This document shows, one piece after another, positions 35,356 through 44,700 of a stretch of 64,000 bases of DNA. This DNA comes from a virus. Taxonomy: Duplodnaviria; Caudoviricetes. The notes beneath the pieces are model-generated. The model was not told where the DNA came from, did not search any database, and saw nothing but the letters and a program-made list of their open reading frames with translations. The translations under genes and the position numbers were made by a program. Every line of letters starts with the position of its first letter. Position 1 is the first letter of the stretch. The stretch is taken from positions 1 to 64,000 of the IMG/VR virus record IMGVR_UViG_2974664081_000001; one strand, 5' to 3'.

Positions 35356-36342
35356 ATGAAGATCACCAACAACAGTGGCATCTCGTTGGCCATGGCCGTC
35401 TGGCTCATGCACGACGAGTACGACTATGTGAACGAGCCGGATTACATCTCGGTCACTACCCTGATGAAACCGTTGCGACAGATTATCCTGCCTCGACGGA
35501 TCCCGACCGAGAATCGGGAAATGGACCTGTCCGACCTGATCCAGCGTGCCTTGGGGCATTCCCTACACGACTCGATTGAGAAGGCATGGACCAACGATGC
35601 AGCTCGGACCCGTTCGCTACTGCGACTGGGTTATCCACAAAAGGTTGTGGAAAAGGTGTTGATCAACCCAACACCTGAACAGCTGAAAGCCAACCCGGAT
35701 TGCATTCCAGTTTATCTGGAGCAACGGGGCACCATCCAGCTCAAGGTCGGCAACAAGGTCTGGACCTTGGGTGGCAAGTTCGACATGGTGGCCGAAGGCA
35801 TCGTTCACGACAACAAGTCCACTTCCGCCTGGGTCGGCATGTTCGGTGGCCGAGACGACGAACACAGGCTGCAAGGTTCGTTGTACCGTCTGATCCATCC
35901 CGACAAGATCACGGAAGATTTCATCCGAATCGAGTACATCTTTACTGATTGGCAGAAATTCATGGCCAAGCAGAATCCCAACTATCCGCAGAATCGGCTG
36001 GCCAACAAGGACATTCCTTTGCTGGACATCACCGAAACGGAAGGCTGGGCGAAAAACAAGCTTGCCTTGGTTGATAAGTTCATGGATGCACCCGAAAAGG
36101 ACATCCCTGAATGTACGCCTGAAGAACTTTGGATGAGTGATCCAAAGTACAAGTACTATGCCGACCCGGCGAAGACGAGTGGGCGTTCAACCAAGAACTT
36201 CGACTCAATGGCCGAAGCCAAGAAATTCATGGCAGAGAAGGGCGGCAAAGGCATCATCATCACCGATCCGGGGCAACCCAAACGGTGTGAGTACTGCGAC
36301 GCCTTTGAGATCTGCACTCAAAAGGACCGTTATTTCTCATGA
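35356..36342 (+). CDS. PD-(D/E)xK exonuclease-like protein (N4 gp42-like)
   Basis: GHSLHDSIE, GKFD....VHDNKST, C-terminal RCEYC....IC. Confidence 0.8.
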   Translation: MKITNNSGISLAMAVWLMHDEYDYVNEPDYISVTTLMKPLRQIILPRRIPTENREMDLSDLIQRALGHSLHDSIEKAWTNDAARTRSLLRLGYPQKVVEKVLINPTPEQLKANPDCIPVYLEQRGTIQLKVGNKVWTLGGKFDMVAEGIVHDNKSTSAWVGMFGGRDDEHRLQGSLYRLIHPDKITEDFIRIEYIFTDWQKFMAKQNPNYPQNRLANKDIPLLDITETEGWAKNKLALVDKFMDAPEKDIPECTPEELWMSDPKYKYYADPAKTSGRSTKNFDSMAEAKKFMAEKGGKGIIITDPGQPKRCEYCDAFEICTQKDRYFS

Positions 36343-38510
36343 TCGACTTGACTGGAGTCACCCATCATCCAGTGATTGATGAAATCACTGAGGTGCTGTG
36401 TGCAAAGACACAGAACACCAATCGAAATTTCTTCCGGGCTGAGCTGGCTTTCTTCATCTCGAAGATGGCCAGTTCGATGCGAGCCACCATTATCACCAAG
36501 GATCGTGGAGAGATTCCAGTCAACATGTATGTGTTGGCTCTCGCCACCTCCGGCTTTGGTAAAGGTCACTCCGTCGCTATCGTGGAGGGGGAATTCCTTG
36601 CGGGGTTCAAGAAGCGTTTCATGGAAGACACCTTCCCGGTTATCGCTGAGCAGAACCTGTGGGATATCGCCAATGACAGGGCGATTCGCAACAACACCGA
36701 TCCTCAAGTGGAATACGACGCTGCCCTAAGCGAATTCAAGCGTGCCGGTGCAGTACCGTTTACCTTCGACTCAGGCACTGCACCAGCGGTCAAACAGCTT
36801 CGTCACAAGCTGCTGATGGGCCGTTGTGGTTCGATCAACCTGCAAGTGGATGAGATTGGCTCCAACCTTGAAGGTTCCACGGAGCTGCTCAACCTGTTCT
36901 TGGAGATGTATGACCAAGGGCTGGTAAAGCAGAAGATCACCAAAAACACCGCCGAGAACCAACGGGGCGAAGAACTGGATGGCAAAACACCGGCCAACCT
37001 GTTGCTCTTTGGTACGCCATCCAAGTTGCTGGATGGGGGCAAGACCGAGGACCTGTTCTACCAGTTTCTCGATACCGGCTATGCCCGTCGTTGCCTGTTT
37101 GGTTTCGGCCAGCAAGAGCAGAAAGCCCACAACAGTCAGACGGCCAAGGAGATCTATGATCGCCTGATTCAGCCGTCCAACTCGGCCATGGTCAGCAAAT
37201 GGGCCAATCACTTCCACCGTCTGGCCGACCCGGCCATGTACGGCTGGCAGATGCAGGTCGATGACCATGTGGGGGTGATGCTCTGGGAGTACAAGATCCA
37301 CTGCGAAAAACTCGCTGATGCCATGAAGGATCACGAGGACATTCGCAAGGCCGAAATGAGCCACCGTTACTTCAAGGCGCTCAAGCTGGCCGGTGCCTTG
37401 GCCTTCGTCGATCAATCGATGGAGATCGAGGAGGTTCACCTGAAACAGGCCATCCTGCTGGTCGAGGAGTCGGGAGAAGCTTTCCAGACCATCCTGACCC
37501 GCGAGAAATCGTATGTGAAGCTGGCCAAGTTCATTGCCGACATGGGCAGTGAGCTGACCCATGCTGACCTGCACGAGGCCCTGCCGTTCTACAAGATGAG
37601 CCAAGGTGCCCGTAACGAGATGATGACCATGGCCGTAGGCTGGGGTTACAAGAAGCACATCATCATCAAGAAGCGGTTTGTCGATGGCATCGAGTTCTTC
37701 AGTGGCGAGAAGTTGGCAGAGACCAATCTGGACGAGATCATCATTTCGTACAGCGACCACTGGGCCTACAACTACCAAGGCACCCCGAACAATCCGAACG
37801 AGGTTGTACCCTTCGATCAGCTGCACATGCTGACCCAGGCACCGGGAATGCACTGGGCCAACCACCACTTCAAGGGCGGTCATCGGAGCCGGGAGAACGT
37901 TGTGCCGGGCTTCAACATGATCGTCATCGATGTGGATGGGGGCTGTTCTTTGGCCACGGCTCATGAGCTGCTGGCCGAGTACAAGTTCATGACCTACACC
38001 ACCAAACGGCATCAGACCGAAGGTGAAGACCGCTTCCGCATCATGATTCCCATGAACTATGTGCTGCACCTCGACCACGAGGATTACAAGCAGTTCATGG
38101 ACAACGTTATGGCTTGGCTCCCATTCCAGACGGATGAAGGAGCGAACCAAGCGGAACGGAAGTGGGAGACCTTCGACGGTGGTTCCTACCATCTCAACAT
38201 GGAAGGTGGCCTGCTGGACGTACTGCCGTTCATCCCACGCACCAGCCGCAACACCGAGTACATGGACGAGTTCAAGAAGGTCGAGTCCCTCGACAACCTT
38301 GAGCGTTGGTTCGCCCAACGGATTGCCAGCGGCAACCGTAACAACCAGATGATCAAGTACGCCTTGGCTCTGGTGGACAACGGCATGAGCCTGCTGGAAA
38401 TCACGGCTCAGGTCCATGCCTTCAACAAGAAGCTCAACAACCCACTGGACACGGATGAGATCGAATCCACGATTCTCACCACCGTGGCCAAACGCTTTAC
38501 CCGTAGCTAA
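36339..38510 (+). CDS. DNA primase (N4 gp43/Dns-like)
   Basis: ATSGFGKG P-loop, AEP-like IVIDVDG / YTTKRH / RFRI, C-terminal PriCT-like GNRNNQM. Confidence 0.85.
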   Translation: MIDLTGVTHHPVIDEITEVLCAKTQNTNRNFFRAELAFFISKMASSMRATIITKDRGEIPVNMYVLALATSGFGKGHSVAIVEGEFLAGFKKRFMEDTFPVIAEQNLWDIANDRAIRNNTDPQVEYDAALSEFKRAGAVPFTFDSGTAPAVKQLRHKLLMGRCGSINLQVDEIGSNLEGSTELLNLFLEMYDQGLVKQKITKNTAENQRGEELDGKTPANLLLFGTPSKLLDGGKTEDLFYQFLDTGYARRCLFGFGQQEQKAHNSQTAKEIYDRLIQPSNSAMVSKWANHFHRLADPAMYGWQMQVDDHVGVMLWEYKIHCEKLADAMKDHEDIRKAEMSHRYFKALKLAGALAFVDQSMEIEEVHLKQAILLVEESGEAFQTILTREKSYVKLAKFIADMGSELTHADLHEALPFYKMSQGARNEMMTMAVGWGYKKHIIIKKRFVDGIEFFSGEKLAETNLDEIIISYSDHWAYNYQGTPNNPNEVVPFDQLHMLTQAPGMHWANHHFKGGHRSRENVVPGFNMIVIDVDGGCSLATAHELLAEYKFMTYTTKRHQTEGEDRFRIMIPMNYVLHLDHEDYKQFMDNVMAWLPFQTDEGANQAERKWETFDGGSYHLNMEGGLLDVLPFIPRTSRNTEYMDEFKKVESLDNLERWFAQRIASGNRNNQMIKYALALVDNGMSLLEITAQVHAFNKKLNNPLDTDEIESTILTTVAKRFTRS

Positions 38511-38573
38511 CCCCTGACAGGCTGCCAGTCCTTTGCTTGGGTTGGGACTGGCAAGCCTATGGAGACCCCTCTT

Positions 38574-39335
38574 ATGAGTGAAGATGCAGCACTGCCCGAC
38601 GATCTGGAAGGCAGCTTGGACCAATTGGTTCTGATCGTTGGCTATTCGACCCAAGGCAAATCGGCCAGCCTGCGAAACATCAGGAACCAAGAACGCTGGG
38701 TCTATCTGGGCACTGAGTCTGGTAAGCGCCTACCGTTCAAGAACAAGTTCAACCGGATCAACATCACCGATCCGTATGACGTGATTGCCTACTTCGACGA
38801 ATGCATCGCCAACAAGGACGATGTGGACGGGATCATCATCGATTCCATCACCTTCCTGATGGACATGTTCGAAACGCAGTACGTCATCGGCGCTGCCAAC
38901 ACCATGCAAGGCTGGTCGAACTACCAGCAATTCTTCAAGCAGGTGATGCAGCAGAAGGTGGCCGAGTTCGGAAAACCGGTTATCATCATTGCTCACGTTC
39001 GAGATGAGTTGGACGAGAAGAACCAAGAGATGAAGACCGCCGTCCCTATCAAGGGGGCGTTGAAGAACAACGGTGTGGAAGCCTACTTCACCACCGTGGT
39101 CGCTGCCAAAAAGGTTCCCATTAAGGAGCTGGAGAAATACGGCAGCAAGATGCTGGTGATTACCGATGAGGAACGCGAGCTTGGCTACAAGCATGTGTTC
39201 CAGACGCGTATCACCAAGGGTACGACTGGTGAGCGTATCCGATCCCCCATGGGGATGTTCGACCGTGCTGAGACCTACATCGATAACGATGCTCAGGTCC
39301 TGCTGGATCACCTGCACGAGTTCTATGAAGGCTGA
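38574..39335 (+). CDS. Sak4-like P-loop ATPase (N4 gp44-like)
   Basis: GYSTQGKS, IIIDSIT, IIIAH, RSPMGMF. Confidence 0.85.
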   Translation: MSEDAALPDDLEGSLDQLVLIVGYSTQGKSASLRNIRNQERWVYLGTESGKRLPFKNKFNRINITDPYDVIAYFDECIANKDDVDGIIIDSITFLMDMFETQYVIGAANTMQGWSNYQQFFKQVMQQKVAEFGKPVIIIAHVRDELDEKNQEMKTAVPIKGALKNNGVEAYFTTVVAAKKVPIKELEKYGSKMLVITDEERELGYKHVFQTRITKGTTGERIRSPMGMFDRAETYIDNDAQVLLDHLHEFYEG

Positions 39336-39385
39336 TCCCTTCTAGGTCCAAAAAATCGCAAAGCATTGAAGAAGAGAGAAAAAAC

Positions 39386-40147
39386 ATGAGCTTGTTCGGC
39401 AACCTGAAATCTGATGGCCTCGAAGAATCCCAAGATCGTCTGGGCGGAGGCTTTCAGCCTCTGGACACCGACATCTACGATGTGACCATCAAGGCGTTTT
39501 ACGCCGGTAAATCGGCAGGTGGTGCTCATAACGTCTCGATCATCGGCACCCTGCCTGATGGCAAGGAATACCGTGAGACCGTGTACATCACCAACAAGAA
39601 CGGTGAAAACTTCTTCCTGAACAAACAGGACAAGTCCAAGAAGGTGCCTCTCCCAGGCTTCACCATCATCGACGACATCTGCCTGATCGTCACCGGCAAG
39701 CCACTGGCCGAGGTGGACTTCGAAGAGAAGACCCTGAACCTGTGGGACTTCGAAGCGAAGAAAGAGCTGCCAAAGGCAGTGATGTGCGCTACCGAGATCC
39801 ACGGCCAAGTGGTCAAGCTGGGCATCTGGAAAAAGCTGGAGGACGTGAACAAGAAAAACGACCAGACCGGCGAATACGAGCCAACTGGTGAGTCGAAGGA
39901 AACCAACTCCATCGACAAGGTGTATCACCCTGAGCAGCTGCTGACCGTAGCCGAGGCCCGTGCCGGTAAGGATGTAGCCGAGTTCCACGACAAGTGGCTG
40001 GAAAAGAACAAGGGCCAAGTCCGTGACGAACGCGAGAACAAGGGCGCTGCCCAGTCTGGCGTGAAGTCCGGCCCGCCGAAAGCTGATCAGCCAGCAGCCG
40101 GTGGCACTGACTCGCCTCGCAAGTCCCTGTTCGCCAACAAGAAGTAA
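39386..40147 (+). CDS. ssb: Single-stranded DNA-binding protein (N4 gp45-like)
   Basis: Synteny; DRLGGG, KVPLPGF, C-terminal RKSLF tail. Confidence 0.85.
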   Translation: MSLFGNLKSDGLEESQDRLGGGFQPLDTDIYDVTIKAFYAGKSAGGAHNVSIIGTLPDGKEYRETVYITNKNGENFFLNKQDKSKKVPLPGFTIIDDICLIVTGKPLAEVDFEEKTLNLWDFEAKKELPKAVMCATEIHGQVVKLGIWKKLEDVNKKNDQTGEYEPTGESKETNSIDKVYHPEQLLTVAEARAGKDVAEFHDKWLEKNKGQVRDERENKGAAQSGVKSGPPKADQPAAGGTDSPRKSLFANKK

Positions 40148-40150
40148 GCC

Positions 40151-40723
40151 ATGAAGATCCCCGTAGCAGGGTTCGACCCCAGTCTTACCAACTGGGGAAT
40201 TGCTGAAGGTCAGCTCGACCTTGAGACGGGGCATCTGACTGACGTGCAGCTGGAGGTCGTCAGCACGGAGAAGAGCAAGGAGAAACAACTCCGAACCAAC
40301 TCCAGTGACCTCCAACGTTGTGAGGTATTGGCTGTCAAGGCCCTCGAAGTCGGTCGTCGTTGTAAGGCGATCTTCGTCGAGGTGCCTGTTGGCTCCCAAA
40401 GTGCCAGTGGCATGAAAGCCTATGGGGTGGTCTGTGGGATCCTTGGTTCGCTTCGAGCCGAGGGTATCCAGATCATTGAGGTGACCGCATTCGAGGTGAA
40501 GAAAGCTTTCACCGGAACCAAGAATGCCACCAAGCAGGAGATGATCAACGTTGGTGTTGATCTCTACCCGGAAGCCAATTGGCCACGCCAGAAGACGAAC
40601 GGCAAGAATTTCCAGAAGGGTGACCTAAAGAATGAAGCCGAGCACGTTGCTGATGCCCTTGCAGCCATTCATGCGGGGGTCAACACCCCGCTCTTTCAGA
40701 ACTTGATGCGCCTACTGCGCTAG
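40151..40723 (+). CDS. RuvC-like Holliday junction resolvase (N4 gp46-like)
   Basis: GFDPSLTNWG, FVEVP, EVKK...ATKQEM, HVADALA. Confidence 0.85.
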   Translation: MKIPVAGFDPSLTNWGIAEGQLDLETGHLTDVQLEVVSTEKSKEKQLRTNSSDLQRCEVLAVKALEVGRRCKAIFVEVPVGSQSASGMKAYGVVCGILGSLRAEGIQIIEVTAFEVKKAFTGTKNATKQEMINVGVDLYPEANWPRQKTNGKNFQKGDLKNEAEHVADALAAIHAGVNTPLFQNLMRLLR

Positions 40724-40731
40724 GAACCGTT

Positions 40732-41190
40732 ATGCAAATCACCCTGAACCAAGTTGAGATCGAAGCCGCCCTCAAGGCCTACATCCTCAACCAGATCAAC
40801 ATCAACGATGGCATGGAGATCGTGATCGACCTCAAGGCCACTCGTGGTGAAGCTGGTACTACTGCGATCATCGACATCGTGCCTCGCACCGAACAGAAAG
40901 CTGAAGTGGTGAAACCCGCTGCCAGCCGTACCGTCACTGCTCAGGCGAAGGAAGTGGTCAAAGAGAAGCCAGCGGCTGTAGCAACCACTTCGATGGCACA
41001 GGTGGTAGAAGAAGCCCAAGCTTCCGAACCAGAAGAACCAGAAACCTCGGCAGAGGAAGCTGGTCAGGAAGCAGCAGCACAAGCTGAAGCTGAATCGGCT
41101 GATGCCGAGGAAGCAGAAGAAGCTGCTCCTGCTGTTGCCAGTGCCCGTCCTTCGCTGTTCGCTGGCCTGAACCGTCCGAAGAACAGCTAA
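40732..41190 (+). CDS. Hypothetical protein with Ala/Glu-rich C-terminus
   Basis: 152 aa; MQITLNQVEIEAALKAYI N-terminus; ends RPSLFAGL. Confidence 0.75.
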   Translation: MQITLNQVEIEAALKAYILNQININDGMEIVIDLKATRGEAGTTAIIDIVPRTEQKAEVVKPAASRTVTAQAKEVVKEKPAAVATTSMAQVVEEAQASEPEEPETSAEEAGQEAAAQAEAESADAEEAEEAAPAVASARPSLFAGLNRPKNS

Positions 41191-41366
41191 TGCTGCTCCG
41201 AATCCTGCTACTGGGGTTCGGGCTATTGGTGGCTGTCTGGGCTATCCAGGCAGCCATTGTTGCAGCAGCCCCAGCTATAGCAGTGGTCATAGTTGTGGCA
41301 TTGGTTCTGTTGGTTCTTTGGTGGACTGACTATCCGAATGACGGAAACAAAAAGCCCCCTGAGTAG
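41190..41366 (+). CDS. Small hydrophobic membrane protein (58 aa, below ORF-track cutoff)
   Basis: TAATG coupling; MLLRILLLGFGLLVAVWAIQAAIVAAAPAIAVVIVVALVLLVLWWTDYPNDGNKKPPE. Confidence 0.65.
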   Translation: MLLRILLLGFGLLVAVWAIQAAIVAAAPAIAVVIVVALVLLVLWWTDYPNDGNKKPPE

Positions 41367-41375
41367 GGGGCTTTT
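41349..41375. terminator. Bidirectional terminator where + and - transcription converge
   Basis: AAAAAGCCCCCT-GAGT-AGGGGGCTTTT. Confidence 0.9.
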
Positions 41376-41380
41376 CTATT

Positions 41381-41455
41381 TGGCTGGCAAGCTTGGGATC
41401 GAACCAAGGACCGCTCGGTTAACAGCCGAGTGCTCTACCGCTGAGCTACATGCCA
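41381..41455 (-). tRNA. tRNA-Asn(GTT)
   Basis: Cloverleaf; CTCGG-CTGTTAA-CCGAG; GGTTCGATCC; encoded CCA. Confidence 0.92.
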
Positions 41456-41461
41456 AGAAAG

Positions 41462-41538
41462 TGGCGATTCCAACGGGACTTGAACCCGTGACCTCCCGCG
41501 TGACAGGCGGGCATTCTGACCAGCTGAACTATGGAATC
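41462..41538 (-). tRNA. tRNA-Asp(GTC)
   Basis: CCCGC-CTGTCAC-GCGGG; GGTTCAAGTCC; encoded CCA. Confidence 0.93.
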
Positions 41539-41539
41539 G

Positions 41540-41614
41540 TGGAAGAGGAAGAAGGGATCGAACCTTCGAATGTGGGGATCAAAACCCCATGCCTTACCAC
41601 TTGGCTATTCCTCT
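41540..41614 (-). tRNA. tRNA-Gln(TTG)
   Basis: TGGGG-TTTTGAT-CCCCA; GGTTCGATCC; encoded CCA. Confidence 0.9.
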
Positions 41615-41692
41615 AAAACCCCCCAACGGCAGAGCTTACGTTCCTGAGGCGCAAGCCCTACAGCTGAGGGGAACCTCGCAGAGGCAGGGGCA

Positions 41693-41721
41693 AGATTAGA
41701 ATCATCTTGTACCTGCGTCAA
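41693..41721 (-). promoter_or_regulatory. Sigma70-like promoter for the tRNA cluster
   Basis: Minus strand TTGACG-N17-TAATCT. Confidence 0.65.
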
Positions 41722-41725
41722 CCAC

Positions 41726-44700
41726 TTATTGAACCAAGTTAGCCCATGGGTTCAACTCTGGTGCCCGGAGTCCTTGGCCCGGTCCCATCGAGTAATCCAA
41801 CGAACCATCCAGCAACTTGCTCACCACGTTGTCTTCCGTAGGCAAACCCACCGAGCCAAACAGAGTTGGTGCTGGAGCCAAGGTAGCCAACAGGGTATGT
41901 ACCGGGTTGTTTCGGATCATCGAAGCGGCCACTTTCACCGAACGGATCTTGAAGTTGTAGAACCACAGCAGACCGAGGTTTTCCAAGGTGCCACGGAAGC
42001 GGCCACTCAAACGGTCATAGTTCACAAACTCTTCCGACACTCGACCCAGTGCGTACTTACGGTCCTTCTTCTGCCGCTGAGTCAGGTCATCAAACAACAC
42101 AGCCTTAGCCAAGAAGTCACCGTACTCCACAGCTTTCTGGAGACCTTGGAACAAAGCAGTGTCCTTGGTGATGATGGCGTAGCGACCCATGGTGGCAATT
42201 GGTCCGGGCAGCTTGCTGACCAGACTTTCCACATAGGCTTGCAGACGGCCTTCAGTCAGTTGGATTTCCGAGCGAGTCAGGCCTGCATCCGAGATCGAAC
42301 TGAACTCACCGGCTTCGATCAGTGGCCAGATGCTCATCCGTTTGTGGGCATCGGTAATGGACTGGATTTCAGCATTGAGTTTCCGGGTCTTGATCGGATC
42401 ATCCGTGGAAGCCCGCAATTCTGCTTCAGCTTCAATCTGACGGATCCGACTCTTCACATACTGGTCCACCTCGGCTGTCTTCTTGGCCATGCCACGAACC
42501 ACGTTGACCAGAGGTACACCTCGGGCAGCCAGCTGATAGACGTTCGACATCAGGTTAGACACCGGCACTACCACCGACTTGACCACGATCAGGACTCGGG
42601 CATCCGAGACCAGATTCTTGAGCGTGGTTTCAGCATTGACGGTGTACTGGTACGCCTTGTTGCCAAACACCGAGATGGCCAGATTTTTCACCGTCTCCTG
42701 AGTTTTTGGCGACCACCGGCTGTTACCGGTCCAGGCATCTCCGATGGAAGCCGAACGGTAGCCCAAGGCATCGTTCAGCATGTCCTTGCGCACATAGAAG
42801 TCGTCACCAAACACCGACTTGATGTAGTCACGAGTATCCCGGTTGAACAGCTCAGCCGCATCCTGAAGCACTGGGTCAGACGAGGCGAAGACGTTCACAT
42901 ACTGGGCTTGGTTCGCCTTGGATGCTTTCAGATCTTTGTCGTACATGGCCTTGAGGTTGTCGATCAACCGCTCGTTGAACTTCTGCGAGCTGGCCTCTTC
43001 CACCTGACGGCCACGCCATTGACCGATCATCTTGGCCAGATGGTTCTCCCCTTGGATCCGCTCAAGCATTACCGGATCGAGGCTGCGTTCAAAGGCCACT
43101 ACCTCACCCGCAGGGTTGTAGACCGGCAGCAGGTTTTCCCGATTGGATCGCTCATTGGCGATGGCCTTGGCAATCTTCTTGACCGTGGCCTCCTCAGTGA
43201 TGCGACCAGCATTGGGAGCCAAGGAGTATCCGGTAGTGGCATCTACGCCGGAGGCAGTCTGCCGGGCATTCTGCATGATGCCTTGCTCATAGCCTGCACG
43301 AGCAGCAGCCGGGGCGTAGTAGTAGGACTTGTTGCCCTTGCCACGGTCCAGATTGCTGCCCCCATATTCCTGCACCCGAACGTAGGACTGAGCAGCCAGC
43401 TTGGCAAACTCAGTGTCATCGGCTACCAGCATGGACACGCCTTCCTGCTGGGCAGAAGGAATGTAACCCTTGAAGTGGTTCACCTGAGTGGCCGGACTGT
43501 TCACCTTCCGTTGTTCATCAACACGCTGGCCCAACAGGTAGGACAGGGTGAAGCCGATCCCATCACCTTCGGTCTGAACCAAGGAAGACAACGTATCCAT
43601 GTGGCCCGGCTCCAGTTGCTTGAGGGCATACATGGTTACCAGCTGGTCCACACCCTTGACGAAAGTGTCGCCTTTGGTGGCCCAGTCTTTCTGCTTGGAC
43701 TCGCCAAACAGTTGGGAGACGGCATAAGCGTTACGCAGCAGGTTGGTGCCCGGATCACTGGTCAGCATGTAGTTGGCCAGTTGGTTCGCTTTGCGTTGCA
43801 ACAGTTTCCAGTGAGCAGGATCCTCGTTCTGAAGGAACGATTCCAAGGTAGCAATGTTGCTGTCCAGCTTTTTGCTGTCAGTGATCATCTCGTTGATCTG
43901 TTTCTGGGTGAAGGCATCACGCAGAACTGCCAGATCTGTCTTACCCATCGACATATGCAGACTGCTCCACTCTTGGGCAGTCAGTTGACGGGAGAACTTC
44001 TCGGCAATCAGAGATGGCAGATGTTCACGGAATTGCTGGCGAGTTTGCTGAACCACGGAGCGAACTCCTTTGATCATGTCGTAAACCGAAGCGTTGTTCT
44101 TGGTTCGACCAATCAGGTCATTCACCAGCGTGTGCAAAGGCTCCCAGACTTTCATCCGGTTCATTGCCGTCATCACACCCTGCGACACAATCTGACCCGA
44201 CTGCTCATTGATCACAGCACCGATGCCTGCACCGAAACCAGTCACCATACGGGTAACCTTGTTGGCACCAGCCTTGCGAGCTTTGGAGTCTGCATCCAGC
44301 AGTCTCTGCGAAAGGCTGGTCATACCGTCCACCACGATCTCGTTGGCTCGGTCAATGTACCCACCCGATTTCGAAGCCATCTGATCGATGAAGGTTTCCC
44401 GGTCCTGCACCTGCTTACCGATGTGAGCGTTCAGGGCGTCAATTGCCTGTTCCACGTTGGCCGCTTTTTTAATGCCTGCCATTCGATCCGTCAGGGCATC
44501 CATCACCTGATTGCCTGCGTTTTCCAGCACGGCATCCAGAGTACCTTCTTGGTTCCGCTCGGTACGCGGCAACTCCATTTTCTGGAGCACAGCCCGGAAT
44601 TCATCATTGACCGTGGCCAGAGCCAAGAAGCTCGGCAGCAAGGTCGAACGACCATGAATGTCCATCTCGGTCAGGTAGTTACCCATGATCGAGTTGTACT

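Noticed and set aside
41293-41616. 107-aa + strand ORF
   Set aside because: Antisense read-through of the three tRNA genes and the terminator
41620-41670. tRNA-leader hairpin as an SRP (4.5S) RNA mimic
   Set aside because: Has TCAGG but lacks the GGAA-capped stem and the opposing AGCAG strand of the SRP domain IV loop
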